Shown here: positions 1 through 9,701 of the stretch, piece after piece
How the letters are laid out: each line of letters begins with the position of its first letter
Position numbering within the stretch: the stretch's first letter is position 1
Source: a virus
Length of the DNA stretch: 64,000 bases
Virus record (IMG/VR): IMGVR_UViG_3300046777_001511
Span: 4,602-68,601 of that record
Reading direction: 5' to 3' (one strand)
Position numbers and translations under genes: made by a program
The notes under the pieces: generated by a model
Told to the model about the DNA's origin: nothing
The model's input: only the letters and a program-made list of their open reading frames with translations
The model's database searches: none

Positions 1-55
1 TCGTGAAAGAAGAAAAGTAGAAGGTCAAAACAAGGCGTAAATTGTTTAACAAATT

Positions 56-68
56 GGTTCTTTAAAAT
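56..68 (+). promoter_or_regulatory. boxA-like element (GGTTCTTTAAAAT) preceding structured RNA
   Basis: Resembles the boxA antitermination consensus (TGCTCTTTAACA) and lies directly 5' of two stem-loop domains. Confidence 0.3.
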
Positions 69-264
69 ATTGCAGGATTCGCTTGTGCAAATAGCCCCGT
101 AAGGCTTTTGTATTAGTTCCTGCAATCGTATTTTGTTCCGGGCGAAGTCCTAACTTATTTAGGTCTGTCATTGACGGTTGAGGCTAAATGTATAAGCGTA
201 GAATAGCATTAATTCATTTTATTTAGGTGCTACACATATCGTAAGAAACAGATAGTCCGGAACA
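69..264 (+). ncRNA. Putative structured non-coding RNA(s)
   Basis: ATTGCAGGA(69-77) pairs with TCCTGCAAT(118-126) around an inner stem 86-112; TGTTCCGGGC(134-143) pairs with GTCCGGAACA(255-264) and encloses several hairpins. Confidence 0.45.
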
Positions 265-300
265 TTAAACTTATTAGATGAAACAAACTATCAAAACAAA

Positions 301-1908
301 ATGAATAAACCACTTAGGAATTATCAAGTAGAGGCAATAAACGCCGTAAAAAAAGAACTTGATAAAGGAACCAACAAGCAATTGTTAGTAATGGCCACAG
401 GCACCGGTAAGACCTTTACGGCTGTTAAGGCTATTGAACAATTTCAATTTAACCGAGTATTATGGATCACTCACACAGAAGAGCTTGTGCAGCAATCTGC
501 ATTAGCCTTTTTAGCAGAAAAATTTGATAAAGAATTTTTAAATGCCGTTGAGGATATAGGATTTATTAATTGGGTGCACAATGGATCGGGTTTATTTGGG
601 CATAGAGAAACTAAATTCAAAATGGGATTAATTAAGGCAGATGCTTTTTATCCTGATGGTAATGTAGTAATGGCTTCTGCTCAAACATTATATAGAAGAT
701 TAGATAAATTGCCTAAAAATCATTTTGATGCTATTATATGTGATGAAGCTCATTTATTCCTAAGCAAATCGTTTTCCGAGCCATTGAAATACTTTGAGCC
801 TAAATTGTTATTAGGATTAACAGCTACTCCAACTAGATTGGATGGTATGCAGTTAGGCAATATGTTTGATAAGATTGTTTATTCATACGATATTGCAGAT
901 GGAATAAAAGATGGTTATCTGTGCGAATTAGATGCGGTAAGAGTTAAAACAGATTTATCACTTGACAATGTTAGAACAACTGGCGGAGAATTTAATGCAA
1001 GGGACTTATCTAATGAAGTGGATATTCCTGAAAGAAACCAATTAATAGTTGATTCATATGACAAATATGCTAATGGCAGACAAGGTATATTCTTTTGTGT
1101 TGATATTAAACACAGCTTACATTTAGCTGAAAAGTTTAAAGAAAAAGGAATTTCATGTAGCGCTGTTTCTTCGGATGAAGAAGCTACTGGAGACAGAAGC
1201 CAAACAGTTAAAAACTTTAAAGAAGGTAAAATACAAGTATTGACTAATGTGGGAATATTAACTACAGGATTCGATCACAGAAACGTAGGAGTTGTTGGTA
1301 ATTGTTCGCCTACAAAATCACTTTCTAAATACTTACAATGTATTGGAAGAGGAACAAGGTTAAAGGATGAAAACTTTGTTGCTAAATACGGACAGAATTG
1401 CGTTATTCTTGATTTTGTTGATAGCACTACTAGACATAAGTTAATCAACGCGTGGTCCATAGATTCAGGGAAAGCTACAGAGGAAAAAGTTTTCATGACT
1501 AAGGCTAAGAAAAAGGAATTGATTGAAGAGAGAGAGCGTAAAATAGCCTTTATTGCAGCGACTTCTAAAAAGGATGTTAAGGTTGATTTATTAGCATTAC
1601 CTAAAGTCCACATAAGCAGCTCTATTAAAATGGAGGAGCCTGCAACTGAGAAACAATTAGCATGGATTGCTAGATTAGGTTACGATACAGTAAACGTAGA
1701 ATATACAAAGAAAATGTGCAGCGAGATTATAAGCTCACAATCAGCAAGCCCTAAGCAAATAGCTTTATTAAAATGGAAAGGATACGATGTTAGTAATGGG
1801 GCAACAATATCTGAGTTCGAATTAGCAATTGCGGAAATAAAAAAGAAAGAGAATAAAGAATTAATAAGTAAAAACGTTCCTAATAATAATGGTAATCCAT
1901 TTTTTTAA
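301..1908 (+). CDS. SF2 DEAD/DEAH-box helicase (ResIII/UvsW-like)
   Basis: LRNYQ Q-motif, ATGTGKT Walker A, DEAH, TAT, QCIGRGTR motif VI. Confidence 0.92.
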   Translation: MNKPLRNYQVEAINAVKKELDKGTNKQLLVMATGTGKTFTAVKAIEQFQFNRVLWITHTEELVQQSALAFLAEKFDKEFLNAVEDIGFINWVHNGSGLFGHRETKFKMGLIKADAFYPDGNVVMASAQTLYRRLDKLPKNHFDAIICDEAHLFLSKSFSEPLKYFEPKLLLGLTATPTRLDGMQLGNMFDKIVYSYDIADGIKDGYLCELDAVRVKTDLSLDNVRTTGGEFNARDLSNEVDIPERNQLIVDSYDKYANGRQGIFFCVDIKHSLHLAEKFKEKGISCSAVSSDEEATGDRSQTVKNFKEGKIQVLTNVGILTTGFDHRNVGVVGNCSPTKSLSKYLQCIGRGTRLKDENFVAKYGQNCVILDFVDSTTRHKLINAWSIDSGKATEEKVFMTKAKKKELIEERERKIAFIAATSKKDVKVDLLALPKVHISSSIKMEEPATEKQLAWIARLGYDTVNVEYTKKMCSEIISSQSASPKQIALLKWKGYDVSNGATISEFELAIAEIKKKENKELISKNVPNNNGNPFF

Positions 1909-1910
1909 TT

Positions 1911-2054
1911 ATGTACAAAATAACACACAAAGACTTAGAGCAAATAAGAAAAGCTCTTAAATCAGCGGAGAAACATATTATTTCGCCGAAAACTAAAAAG
2001 GAAATAGAGAAAGCAGTTAAATTAATTGATAACGAATATCTAAAAATAAAATGA
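1911..2054 (+). CDS. Small hypothetical protein (47 aa, not in ORF track)
   Basis: ATG 2 nt after the helicase stop; its TGA overlaps the next ATG (ATGA). Confidence 0.6.
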   Translation: MYKITHKDLEQIRKALKSAEKHIISPKTKKEIEKAVKLIDNEYLKIK

Positions 2055-2353
2055 ATAAGGAACAGCAACAGCACCATTTCGAAAGAGTAATCAATAGAAT
2101 GGCTGAAACAATGATGTCAAAAGGAGATGACTATGCTAACGAGGACAGGCTGAGTAATTTTAAAGTTGCAGGAGCTATATCAGGGATAAGTCCAGAGATT
2201 AATTGCCTCAGCTTAATAGCTACAAAAGTTGCCCGATTAGGTAACTTATTAAACAGCAAAGAAAAGCCCAACAATGAAAGCATTCGGGATAGTGTATTGG
2301 ATTTAGCTAACTATGCTATATTGCTGGATATGATTTTAAGCGAGAAAAGATAA
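2051..2353 (+). CDS. DUF1599/Nmad1-like nucleotide-modification-associated protein
   Basis: K-x-x-DY...K-x-x-R...ESIRDSVLDLANYAIL pattern. Confidence 0.7.
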   Translation: MNKEQQQHHFERVINRMAETMMSKGDDYANEDRLSNFKVAGAISGISPEINCLSLIATKVARLGNLLNSKEKPNNESIRDSVLDLANYAILLDMILSEKR

Positions 2354-2363
2354 ACAAATAAAT

Positions 2364-2822
2364 ATGAAAACAACAAACAAAAAAGGATTCGATGTTCCGG
2401 CAGGATTTCCGATTCCACTAAACAAGTCGGTGATTATTGAAAAAATCAAAGAACAAACAGAAGTATCAAAGATTATTCTTACAGAAGCAGCCGAAGAAAA
2501 TAATGTTGGTAGAGTAATGGCAGTAGCGGATAATTGCGATCCACGTATCAAAGTTGGTAGCAAAGTAATGTTTAACATTCTTGAAAACAGAACTATTCGC
2601 TTTGAGGGTAATTACTACTTCATCATGCACGAAGTAGGTTTATTCTGCGCACTTCCTGATGAGGCAATATTAATGCCCGAAACAATCAGCAAACGAGTAA
2701 AAGACAGAGAAGCTAAGTTAGTTAACGAACAAAAAAGGCTTAATGAGAACTACAAAAGAGAATTAAACAGCCTTGACAAAGTAAAGTCACAAGCAAAGAA
2801 AAGATTTGCTAAGAAAAAATAA
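2364..2822 (+). CDS. groES: GroES/Cpn10-like co-chaperonin with basic C-terminal extension
   Basis: PLNKSVII...IIL...GRVMAV...IKVGSKVMF...YFIMHE matches the Cpn10 pattern. Confidence 0.75.
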   Translation: MKTTNKKGFDVPAGFPIPLNKSVIIEKIKEQTEVSKIILTEAAEENNVGRVMAVADNCDPRIKVGSKVMFNILENRTIRFEGNYYFIMHEVGLFCALPDEAILMPETISKRVKDREAKLVNEQKRLNENYKRELNSLDKVKSQAKKRFAKKK

Positions 2823-2844
2823 TTGTAAAATTTAACAAATAATA

Positions 2845-2876
2845 TTTGCATATTGAATATCTATTTTGTAATTTTG
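2845..2876 (+). promoter_or_regulatory. Bacteroidetes sigmaA-type promoter
   Basis: TTTG(-33) and TAATTTTG(-7) upstream of ATG 2903. Confidence 0.6.
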
Positions 2877-2902
2877 TCCAAAATCAATTAAAACTATCAG
2901 TT

Positions 2903-3865
2903 ATGGCACCAAGAAAAAAAGCAGACGTTATTGTTTCACAAAGTGAAGTTACGTCATTCGAGAACACTAAGCAATTGTTTATTGAGTTAGCAGATCAGGT
3001 TACTCAGATTAAAGTTACCGACACAACTTCATTAGCTATTGCTAATCAGAAAATGTCAAACGTTAACAATCACATTAAAGAGATTGAGGCTAAGCGTGTA
3101 GAGCAAAAAGCTCCATTCCTAGAAGGCGCTAAGAAAGTTGACGAAGTTGCTAAGGAATTAAAGTCTTTATTAGAACCTGCATTAAAGCATCTTAAAACAG
3201 AAGTTGCTAACTGGGAAACAGAACGTATTCGTAAAGAGAATGAGTTAAAGCAAAAGGCATTAGAAGTTGCACGTAAAACTGAAGAGGAAGCTGCTGCAAT
3301 TGCTAACGATAAAAGAATAGTAGATTACATTGCTCAAGTTAAGAACTGGTTAGAGAAAGGATTAACAACTTGCACTACAGTTGAACATGGCAATCAAATG
3401 TTATCTTCTATGCAAGGTTTACAGCCTGCTGCTTTAATGGGTAAATACTCTCAGGAATATTCTGCTTTAATTGAAATGTACAAAACATTGTTCAGCACAA
3501 AAGTTGGTGAATTAACTGGTAACATTGCTCCGGGAACAACCGATAAACATATTGATGTTTTAGGTAACCAATTAAACAACCACATTGAATCTATTAAACA
3601 AGAAGTTGAATCTAAACAAGCAGAAGTTGCTCAAGTTGAAACTCAAATTCAACAAGAGATGAATAGCTTACAGGAAGATAAAGCTACTAATGTTAGATAC
3701 AATTGGAAGTTTGAGGTACTTAGTGTTAAAGAAGTTCCTATGGAGTGGTTAACAGTTGACGAAGCTAAAGTAAAAGAGTGGATAAAAGAAAACAAAGAAA
3801 ACTTAAAAGAAGGATACTACAAGGGTATTAATTTCTTTAAAGAAATGACAGTAGTAACAAGATAA
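2903..3865 (+). CDS. Coiled-coil phage protein (probable true start ATG 2903)
   Basis: Long coiled coil with C-terminal WKFEV..VP.EWL.VDE.KV motif common in phage recombination-region proteins. Confidence 0.6.
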   Translation: MAPRKKADVIVSQSEVTSFENTKQLFIELADQVTQIKVTDTTSLAIANQKMSNVNNHIKEIEAKRVEQKAPFLEGAKKVDEVAKELKSLLEPALKHLKTEVANWETERIRKENELKQKALEVARKTEEEAAAIANDKRIVDYIAQVKNWLEKGLTTCTTVEHGNQMLSSMQGLQPAALMGKYSQEYSALIEMYKTLFSTKVGELTGNIAPGTTDKHIDVLGNQLNNHIESIKQEVESKQAEVAQVETQIQQEMNSLQEDKATNVRYNWKFEVLSVKEVPMEWLTVDEAKVKEWIKENKENLKEGYYKGINFFKEMTVVTR

Positions 3866-4158
3866 TGGCAAAAGATAAACAAGTTCCTGAAAAACTTATC
3901 AGAATGTTCCCTCAGTACACACGAAAAGAATTATACTTTATGTTGTATCCTTTTTGGACGGGAGTTTCTGATAGGTTTAAAAGGAAAAAGTCTGACGTAT
4001 CAGCCGTATCAATAACGGTTAAAGGACTTGGAAGGTTTGAGTTTAAAAGCAATGCTAAAATGAGAAAATCAGCCTTATTGTTTAGAAAGCGTTACATTAA
4101 AAAGATTACAAAGTTTCAGAGAAAAAAACAATTACAATCAGATAAATTAATTTACTAA
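3865..4158 (+). CDS. Basic HU/IHF-like DNA-binding protein
   Basis: SITVKGLGRFEFK resembles the HU arm motif; K/R-rich. Confidence 0.45.
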   Translation: MAKDKQVPEKLIRMFPQYTRKELYFMLYPFWTGVSDRFKRKKSDVSAVSITVKGLGRFEFKSNAKMRKSALLFRKRYIKKITKFQRKKQLQSDKLIY

Positions 4159-4169
4159 AACTACTAAAA

Positions 4170-4418
4170 ATGAAAATTACAATTGAAAAAAAAGAAATGG
4201 TAGAGATAGAAATATCTTTTCCTCGTTACGCTAGAAACGGATCACATTACTACAAAATAGAAGAGAATCAAACAACTGTTTTATTTGTTAGCGACATGGA
4301 GCATTCGTTTACCGTTCATGGATACATGAGCAAATATCCATTGTCTTATATGGTTATAACAGAAAATGAGTTTAGCGCAGCCCTAGAAGAATTAAAATCA
4401 AAAATAAATCTAATATAA
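4170..4418 (+). CDS. Hypothetical protein
   Basis: ORF in a tightly packed operon. Confidence 0.6.
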   Translation: MKITIEKKEMVEIEISFPRYARNGSHYYKIEENQTTVLFVSDMEHSFTVHGYMSKYPLSYMVITENEFSAALEELKSKINLI

Positions 4419-4439
4419 ACAACAAAAACAAAAACAAAC

Positions 4440-5270
4440 ATGGGACTAACATCAGTACAAGGGCAAAGAACCCAAAGACCAATTCCTCCATCAGGATTAC
4501 ACCCGGCAATTTGCTATGCAATTATTGACATGGGAACGCATCAAGAATCATTCAAAGGCAATGTAAGCAATAAGCCTAAAGTAAAGTTTTGCTTTGAGTT
4601 TCCAACGCTACCTGAGCAGGTATTTGACGAAGCTAAAGGACCACAAAGATTATCTATTATGCAAGACTTCAATGTATATTCTGATGATAAATCTAATTTG
4701 TGTAAAATGCTTAAACAATGGAGAGGAGTAGCTAAAATTGATTTAGCAAAAGACTTACCAGCGTATTTAGGACAATCATGCCAAGTAATGGTTACTCACG
4801 TTCAAAAAGACGATATTACTTACGCGAACATAGCTGCATCAGGAACAATGATTTTACCTCCTACGGCTAATTATGGAGCACCTAAAAACAATCCTATACT
4901 ATTTGACTTGGATAAGTTTTCATGGCAGCAATTCCATTCTTTATGGCCATTCTTACAAAAGAAAATTAGAGAATCATTAGATTGGCAAGGAATTATTGCT
5001 AAGTTCGGTCAAGAGCCTCAAAACGGACAACAAGCAGCACCGCAGCAACAAGCGTTTCAACAGGCACCTGCTCAACAAACATTTCAGGCTCCTCAATACC
5101 AACAGCCAGCATTTGCTCAACCGCAACAACCTGTATTCCAACAGCCAGTTGCTCCGCCACAGCAACAAGTAGTTCCTCAGCAGCAAACATTTCAGCAAGC
5201 ACCTCCTCAAATGAATGCTCCGCAGACAGGAATATTTGTAGGTAACGATATGGATGCGCCTCCGTTCTAA
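4440..5270 (+). CDS. Phage single-stranded DNA-binding protein with Q/P-rich tail
   Basis: P.GLHPAICY.IID.GT N-domain, low-complexity Q/P linker and acidic DMDAPPF C-terminus typical of SSBs. Confidence 0.7.
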   Translation: MGLTSVQGQRTQRPIPPSGLHPAICYAIIDMGTHQESFKGNVSNKPKVKFCFEFPTLPEQVFDEAKGPQRLSIMQDFNVYSDDKSNLCKMLKQWRGVAKIDLAKDLPAYLGQSCQVMVTHVQKDDITYANIAASGTMILPPTANYGAPKNNPILFDLDKFSWQQFHSLWPFLQKKIRESLDWQGIIAKFGQEPQNGQQAAPQQQAFQQAPAQQTFQAPQYQQPAFAQPQQPVFQQPVAPPQQQVVPQQQTFQQAPPQMNAPQTGIFVGNDMDAPPF

Positions 5271-5272
5271 AC

Positions 5273-5674
5273 ATGGGATTATCTGCTTCAATACCGTCTT
5301 TGAAAGAAGAAATTCCACATGGAGTTCACGAGTGTGTTATTTCCGATGTTAATTCTTTAAAGGATTTAAACGGAAACCCAATAGTACATTCAGGAGCAGC
5401 TTGTGTAGTTTTTTCTTTCAACTGCGATGGTAAAATTTCGGAAAAATCATTTCGACTTGGAAACCAATTTGAATATGATTCTTTTAAAAAGTTACTTGCA
5501 ATACTTGGAGTTAAAAGCGATATAGCATTCAATAGAAATGAAATAGTTGGTAAAAAAGTTTGCGTGATTATATACAAAGTAACTAATAAAGAAGGAGAAA
5601 GCCATTTAACCATTGCTAATTTTAAGCCAATAGGTAAAAGCTATAAACATTTAAAGACTGAAATATACGAATGA
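5273..5674 (+). CDS. Hypothetical OB-fold-like protein (DUF669-like)
   Basis: IPHGVHECVISDV...IVGKKVCV pattern. Confidence 0.45.
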   Translation: MGLSASIPSLKEEIPHGVHECVISDVNSLKDLNGNPIVHSGAACVVFSFNCDGKISEKSFRLGNQFEYDSFKKLLAILGVKSDIAFNRNEIVGKKVCVIIYKVTNKEGESHLTIANFKPIGKSYKHLKTEIYE

Positions 5675-6144
5675 GCTTAGTTATTAGACATTACGGGAAA
5701 ATAGAAAATGGAGTAAAGAAATACTACAATCCTGAATTGTATAAAAAACAAATTGAATCATTAGAAGGTCAAGAGTTTGAAGAAGTGATTAAGAAAAGAT
5801 TCCATAAAGTTTCTACTGATCAACATGCTTATTACAGAGGAGCCATATTGCAAACAGCTCATCAGCACGAAGCGTTTAGTCATTTTAATAAGCCTGACGA
5901 TATTCATGAGGACGTAATAGCTCCTACATTTTTATCTTATGTAAAACCAATAGAATTAAAAGGAAAGAGATGGGACAAATTAGAAGTTATTAGCACATCA
6001 AGTTTATCAAAGGAAGAAATGGCTAAGTTTATTGATAGAGTAATTGCGTGGTTATCTGTAGAATTTGGGATTGAAGTATTATCGCCGGAGGATTATTATT
6101 TAACATTACAAAACAATTTACAAGATGAAAACAATAACAATTAG
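5671..6144 (+). CDS. NinB/DUF1367-like recombination accessory protein
   Basis: S.DQH.YY.G...STSSLSKEEM.KFIDRV motif. Confidence 0.6.
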   Translation: MSLVIRHYGKIENGVKKYYNPELYKKQIESLEGQEFEEVIKKRFHKVSTDQHAYYRGAILQTAHQHEAFSHFNKPDDIHEDVIAPTFLSYVKPIELKGKRWDKLEVISTSSLSKEEMAKFIDRVIAWLSVEFGIEVLSPEDYYLTLQNNLQDENNNN

Positions 6145-6370
6145 ATTTGTACACAGGGTAAAAACTCATGATTACCTGATACAAAAATATACTTTCTTTG
6201 GTTGGAAGTATATACAGTATTCTCAAATGGGAGGCTTTGGAGATAGTGTAGATTTTCTCTACTGCAAAGACACAAAAGAAGAACTATTAAAAGAAGTTCT
6301 TGAGGATCACTATAAAATGGATAAAAGGTTTGTAAAGATTATTGAATACCCAGAACTTAAACATTATTAG
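6125..6370 (+). CDS. Hypothetical protein
   Basis: ORF in operon. Confidence 0.55.
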   Translation: MKTITIRFVHRVKTHDYLIQKYTFFGWKYIQYSQMGGFGDSVDFLYCKDTKEELLKEVLEDHYKMDKRFVKIIEYPELKHY

Positions 6371-6371
6371 C

Positions 6372-6650
6372 ATGGAACACAAGATTATAAACACAGGAGA
6401 TTATCTGCTAATAGTAGGTGACTCAGAGATTAAAGGAGGTGATTGGTACATAGATTTAAACTTAAAACAAATATTTTCTAAATCTAATCCACAGATTAGT
6501 AAAATAGAATGGCAGAAAAAAATCATAGGACACTTACCACTAAACAACTCGCCAATACTTGAAGATGTAGATTTATTACCTAAGTTCAGTAAAGAAGAAG
6601 ATGTTGAAAAGAAGTATAAATCTTATCTTAAAAAACAAAAAAAACAATGA
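6372..6650 (+). CDS. Hypothetical protein (probable start ATG 6372)
   Basis: EIKGGDWY...KKIIGHLPLNNSPILE pattern; ATGA overlap with the next gene. Confidence 0.55.
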   Translation: MEHKIINTGDYLLIVGDSEIKGGDWYIDLNLKQIFSKSNPQISKIEWQKKIIGHLPLNNSPILEDVDLLPKFSKEEDVEKKYKSYLKKQKKQ

Positions 6651-6928
6651 AAATAGACACAAACAAAGAAATAGATATTCTAAAAATAGAAAAAGTAAAA
6701 GATTCTATCGGAGAAGAATATACTATTCAAATCATTTGCTACGATGAGCCAATTGCTAAAAGCAATGCTTACGGAGATGTTTATTCACTTGCTAAAATTG
6801 AAAGCCCAATAGGGGAAATAGTGTTTTCTCTTTTATTCGGGCAACTTACAGGGGAACAAATAGAAAAGCAATTTGATTACATGAAAGATAACCTTGATAA
6901 AATATTGGAGGAACGTAGAAATGCCTAG
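6647..6928 (+). CDS. Hypothetical protein
   Basis: ORF in operon. Confidence 0.55.
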   Translation: MKIDTNKEIDILKIEKVKDSIGEEYTIQIICYDEPIAKSNAYGDVYSLAKIESPIGEIVFSLLFGQLTGEQIEKQFDYMKDNLDKILEERRNA

Positions 6929-7271
6929 AAAGTATTCGGTCATAAAGTCTAACCAAAAAATTAGACAGGCCATAACAGACAGAATAAATGCTCTTAAATT
7001 AACTCAGCAGGATGTAATTAACGATGCAGCAATGAGAGGATATAAGTTGCCGGTTGACATGATTAGCAGATACCTAAAGCATGGAGACACTAGAGGATCA
7101 TTAAGAGAAGAACAGATAGTTTGGCTAGCTACTAGATACGGCGTGTTTATCAATCTGACAATTGGAACTCCTGAGATTGACAAAGAGGGTAAAATTAAGT
7201 TTGCAGTAAAAGACTACAACGAAGAAGAAAGTTTAAGAAGATTAAAGTTATTATTCCCATCAACAAAGTAA
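6921..7271 (+). CDS. XRE-like helix-turn-helix protein
   Basis: LKLTQQDV...DMISRYLK HTH-like pattern. Confidence 0.5.
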   Translation: MPRKYSVIKSNQKIRQAITDRINALKLTQQDVINDAAMRGYKLPVDMISRYLKHGDTRGSLREEQIVWLATRYGVFINLTIGTPEIDKEGKIKFAVKDYNEEESLRRLKLLFPSTK

Positions 7272-7274
7272 AAC

Positions 7275-7652
7275 ATGAAACAAGAAGAAAAATCATTGAC
7301 AATTGAAAGTCAAGTTGGATTTAAAATAATCCTAACAACAAAAGGTTATGAAATATCATACGATCAAACTAATGAGCACAATTTAGCTGCATTTATGATT
7401 GTAGACCAAGTAATGAATGACAATATACAAGCCCTACAATTATCTAATGTTTATACCCCTAAGCAAAAGAAAGAAAAAAGAGATAGAGTTGAAAAGCTTC
7501 GTAAATTAAAGTTAGAATTAGTTAATTGCATGGCAGAAGTAGCTCAGTATTTATTAGCTACTAAGAATCAAGAGGACTACAACAAAAAGAAAAGTAAAAT
7601 AAAATTAGCAACTAAAGAAGATGCTAAAAAACTTAATCTAATAAAGCCATGA
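7275..7652 (+). CDS. Hypothetical protein
   Basis: ORF in operon. Confidence 0.6.
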   Translation: MKQEEKSLTIESQVGFKIILTTKGYEISYDQTNEHNLAAFMIVDQVMNDNIQALQLSNVYTPKQKKEKRDRVEKLRKLKLELVNCMAEVAQYLLATKNQEDYNKKKSKIKLATKEDAKKLNLIKP

Positions 7653-7810
7653 AAAACGTACTAAAAGCTATTTTCTTACTTACAACACTTTATGTTCCTG
7701 TTTATGTTACTGTTTTTACAGGCAATTCAGGCTGGTTATTTATGTGGGTATTTATATTTTTTATAACAATTTTTGACGATGACAAAGATAACGGGTTTAA
7801 CGTTGATTAA
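7649..7810 (+). CDS. Small membrane protein (53 aa, not in ORF track)
   Basis: ATGA overlap with the upstream stop; two hydrophobic segments. Confidence 0.5.
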   Translation: MKNVLKAIFLLTTLYVPVYVTVFTGNSGWLFMWVFIFFITIFDDDKDNGFNVD

Positions 7811-8291
7811 TCACTCTATAAGAGTTGATTTAGATTTATCACTGCAACAATACGTTGTAATGGATTTTATGAGTTATTGTTGGGATAAAAGATTAAATCC
7901 TGAAAGCAATTCTATAGAGTTAATAGCTATTGAATTTGATAAAATAATCCCTTACATTTCTTTATTGAGAGAAAAGGGATTACTTTCAGAAAATCAACCA
8001 ACAGATAAGTGGTTAAGTTGTTTTGTAAAAACTAAAAAGAAAAAATCTAAAAATGAGTTCATACCGCCAACGCAAGAAGATGTCATTTCATATTTCAAAG
8101 AAAAAGGGTATTCAGATATTCAAGCCAAAAAAGCGTTTGAATATTATTCTGTGGCTGATTGGAAAGATCGTAACGGCGATAAAGTCGTTAATTGGAAACA
8201 AAAAATGATTGCCAATTGGATGAAAGAAGAACACAAAGTAGTTAATCAGTCTCAATCAGTTTCATTTGAACCAAAAGTTTATAAAAGATGA
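7779..8291 (+). CDS. Replication initiator-like protein
   Basis: C-terminal FIPPT.EDV..YF...F.YY...W...NWK domain; ATGA-coupled to DnaB. Confidence 0.6.
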   Translation: MTKITGLTLINHSIRVDLDLSLQQYVVMDFMSYCWDKRLNPESNSIELIAIEFDKIIPYISLLREKGLLSENQPTDKWLSCFVKTKKKKSKNEFIPPTQEDVISYFKEKGYSDIQAKKAFEYYSVADWKDRNGDKVVNWKQKMIANWMKEEHKVVNQSQSVSFEPKVYKR

Positions 8292-9643
8292 ATGCTCTTC
8301 CTCAAGCAATAGAAATTGAAGCCTTAGTTTTAGGGCAAATACTTTACTTTCCTAAAGCTATGGAAGAAGTGGTTAATGTTTTAACTCCAGAACATTTTCA
8401 TCACCCTTCTCATGCTTTGGTTTATAAATGCTGCAAATGGCTTTACGATACTAAAAAGCCAATAGAAAGCATAACAGTCATTCAGGCACTAAAAGAAAAT
8501 AATTACCTCGAAAAAATAGGAGGAGCTTTTTTTGTAGTAAGTCTAACAAACGATGTGGTTTCTTACGATAGCATTGATAAATACACTGAAATTCTCAGCG
8601 AGAAAAAGATGCTAAGGGAAGTTATAAATGTAGCTTCTACAACACTGGCAGAGGCTTATAATCCAAAATGTGTAGCATCAGAATTAGTTGACAAATACGA
8701 AAAGAATTTAACCGAAATAACCACTAAGTTAACAGGAGATAATCTTTCAAGTTCAAAAGATATTCATAATAAAATGATTGAAAGAAATGCCACGATACTA
8801 AATAATCAAGGCAAACTAGGAGTTACTTCAGGATTTTCGGGCATTGATTCTATTACTTCTGGATGGCAAGAGCCTGATTTAATTATATTGGCAGCACGTC
8901 CTGCAATGGGAAAATCTTCATTAGCAGCTCAGTTAGTTTCTAATCCTGCAATAATACAAGGAAAGTCAGTTGCTTTATTTACTCTTGAAATGTCAACTAT
9001 GCAGTTTTATGCTAGAATGCAATCCCAACAAAGCGGAATAGCTGTAGAAAAGATATTAAGAACAGGATTAAATGAATATGAATTAACTCAATTAAATACA
9101 TCATGCGAACCTCTTAAAAACTCCCCTATTTACATTGATGATACTCCGGGTATATCTATATTCGATTTAAGAAATAAATGCCGTAAATTAAAAAGAGATA
9201 AGAATTTAGGGCTAATTGTTATTGATTACTTGCAATTAGTTACCGTTCCTGATCACAAAGGCAATAGAGAGCAAGAAATAGGGATGATTTCACGCTCATT
9301 AAAGAACTTAGCAAAAGAATTAAACATTCCAATTATAGCGCTTTCCCAATTAAGCAGAGCAGTTGAATCTAGGGCAGACAAAAGACCTTTGTTATCTGAC
9401 CTGAGAGAATCAGGATCAATAGAAATGGATGCAGATATTGTTTCTTTCTTATATCGCCCCGAATATTATGGTATCATGCAGGATGACAGAGGAAACCCAA
9501 CATCAGGAATGGCTATGCTAATTATAGCTAAACACAGGAACGGGCCATTGGCAGATATCATGTTATCATTCGAGCACGATAAAACTAAATTTACTGATTA
9601 TCAGCACAATAGCATGTATGGTAAAAAAAATATTACTTTTTAA
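8288..9643 (+). CDS. dnaB: Replicative DNA helicase DnaB
   Basis: AARPAMGKS, IDYLQL, LSQLSR, DLRESGSIEMDAD, IAKHRNG. Confidence 0.97.
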   Translation: MNALPQAIEIEALVLGQILYFPKAMEEVVNVLTPEHFHHPSHALVYKCCKWLYDTKKPIESITVIQALKENNYLEKIGGAFFVVSLTNDVVSYDSIDKYTEILSEKKMLREVINVASTTLAEAYNPKCVASELVDKYEKNLTEITTKLTGDNLSSSKDIHNKMIERNATILNNQGKLGVTSGFSGIDSITSGWQEPDLIILAARPAMGKSSLAAQLVSNPAIIQGKSVALFTLEMSTMQFYARMQSQQSGIAVEKILRTGLNEYELTQLNTSCEPLKNSPIYIDDTPGISIFDLRNKCRKLKRDKNLGLIVIDYLQLVTVPDHKGNREQEIGMISRSLKNLAKELNIPIIALSQLSRAVESRADKRPLLSDLRESGSIEMDADIVSFLYRPEYYGIMQDDRGNPTSGMAMLIIAKHRNGPLADIMLSFEHDKTKFTDYQHNSMYGKKNITF

Positions 9644-9654
9644 TTAAAAATTTG

Positions 9655-9662
9655 TAACTTTG
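9655..9662 (+). promoter_or_regulatory. Bacteroidetes -7 promoter element
   Basis: TAACTTTG in the intergenic gap upstream of 9702. Confidence 0.5.
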
Positions 9663-9701
9663 TACAAATTCTTACGTTAAACATTATAAAAACTATCAAA
9701 C

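Noticed and set aside
69-264. tRNA or hammerhead ribozyme
   Set aside because: No cloverleaf with TTC-A T-loop and CCA end; no CUGANGA core.
4977-5318. Antisense ORFs over the SSB tail and many other short opposite-strand ORFs
   Set aside because: These are shadows of real genes caused by codon bias and low complexity.
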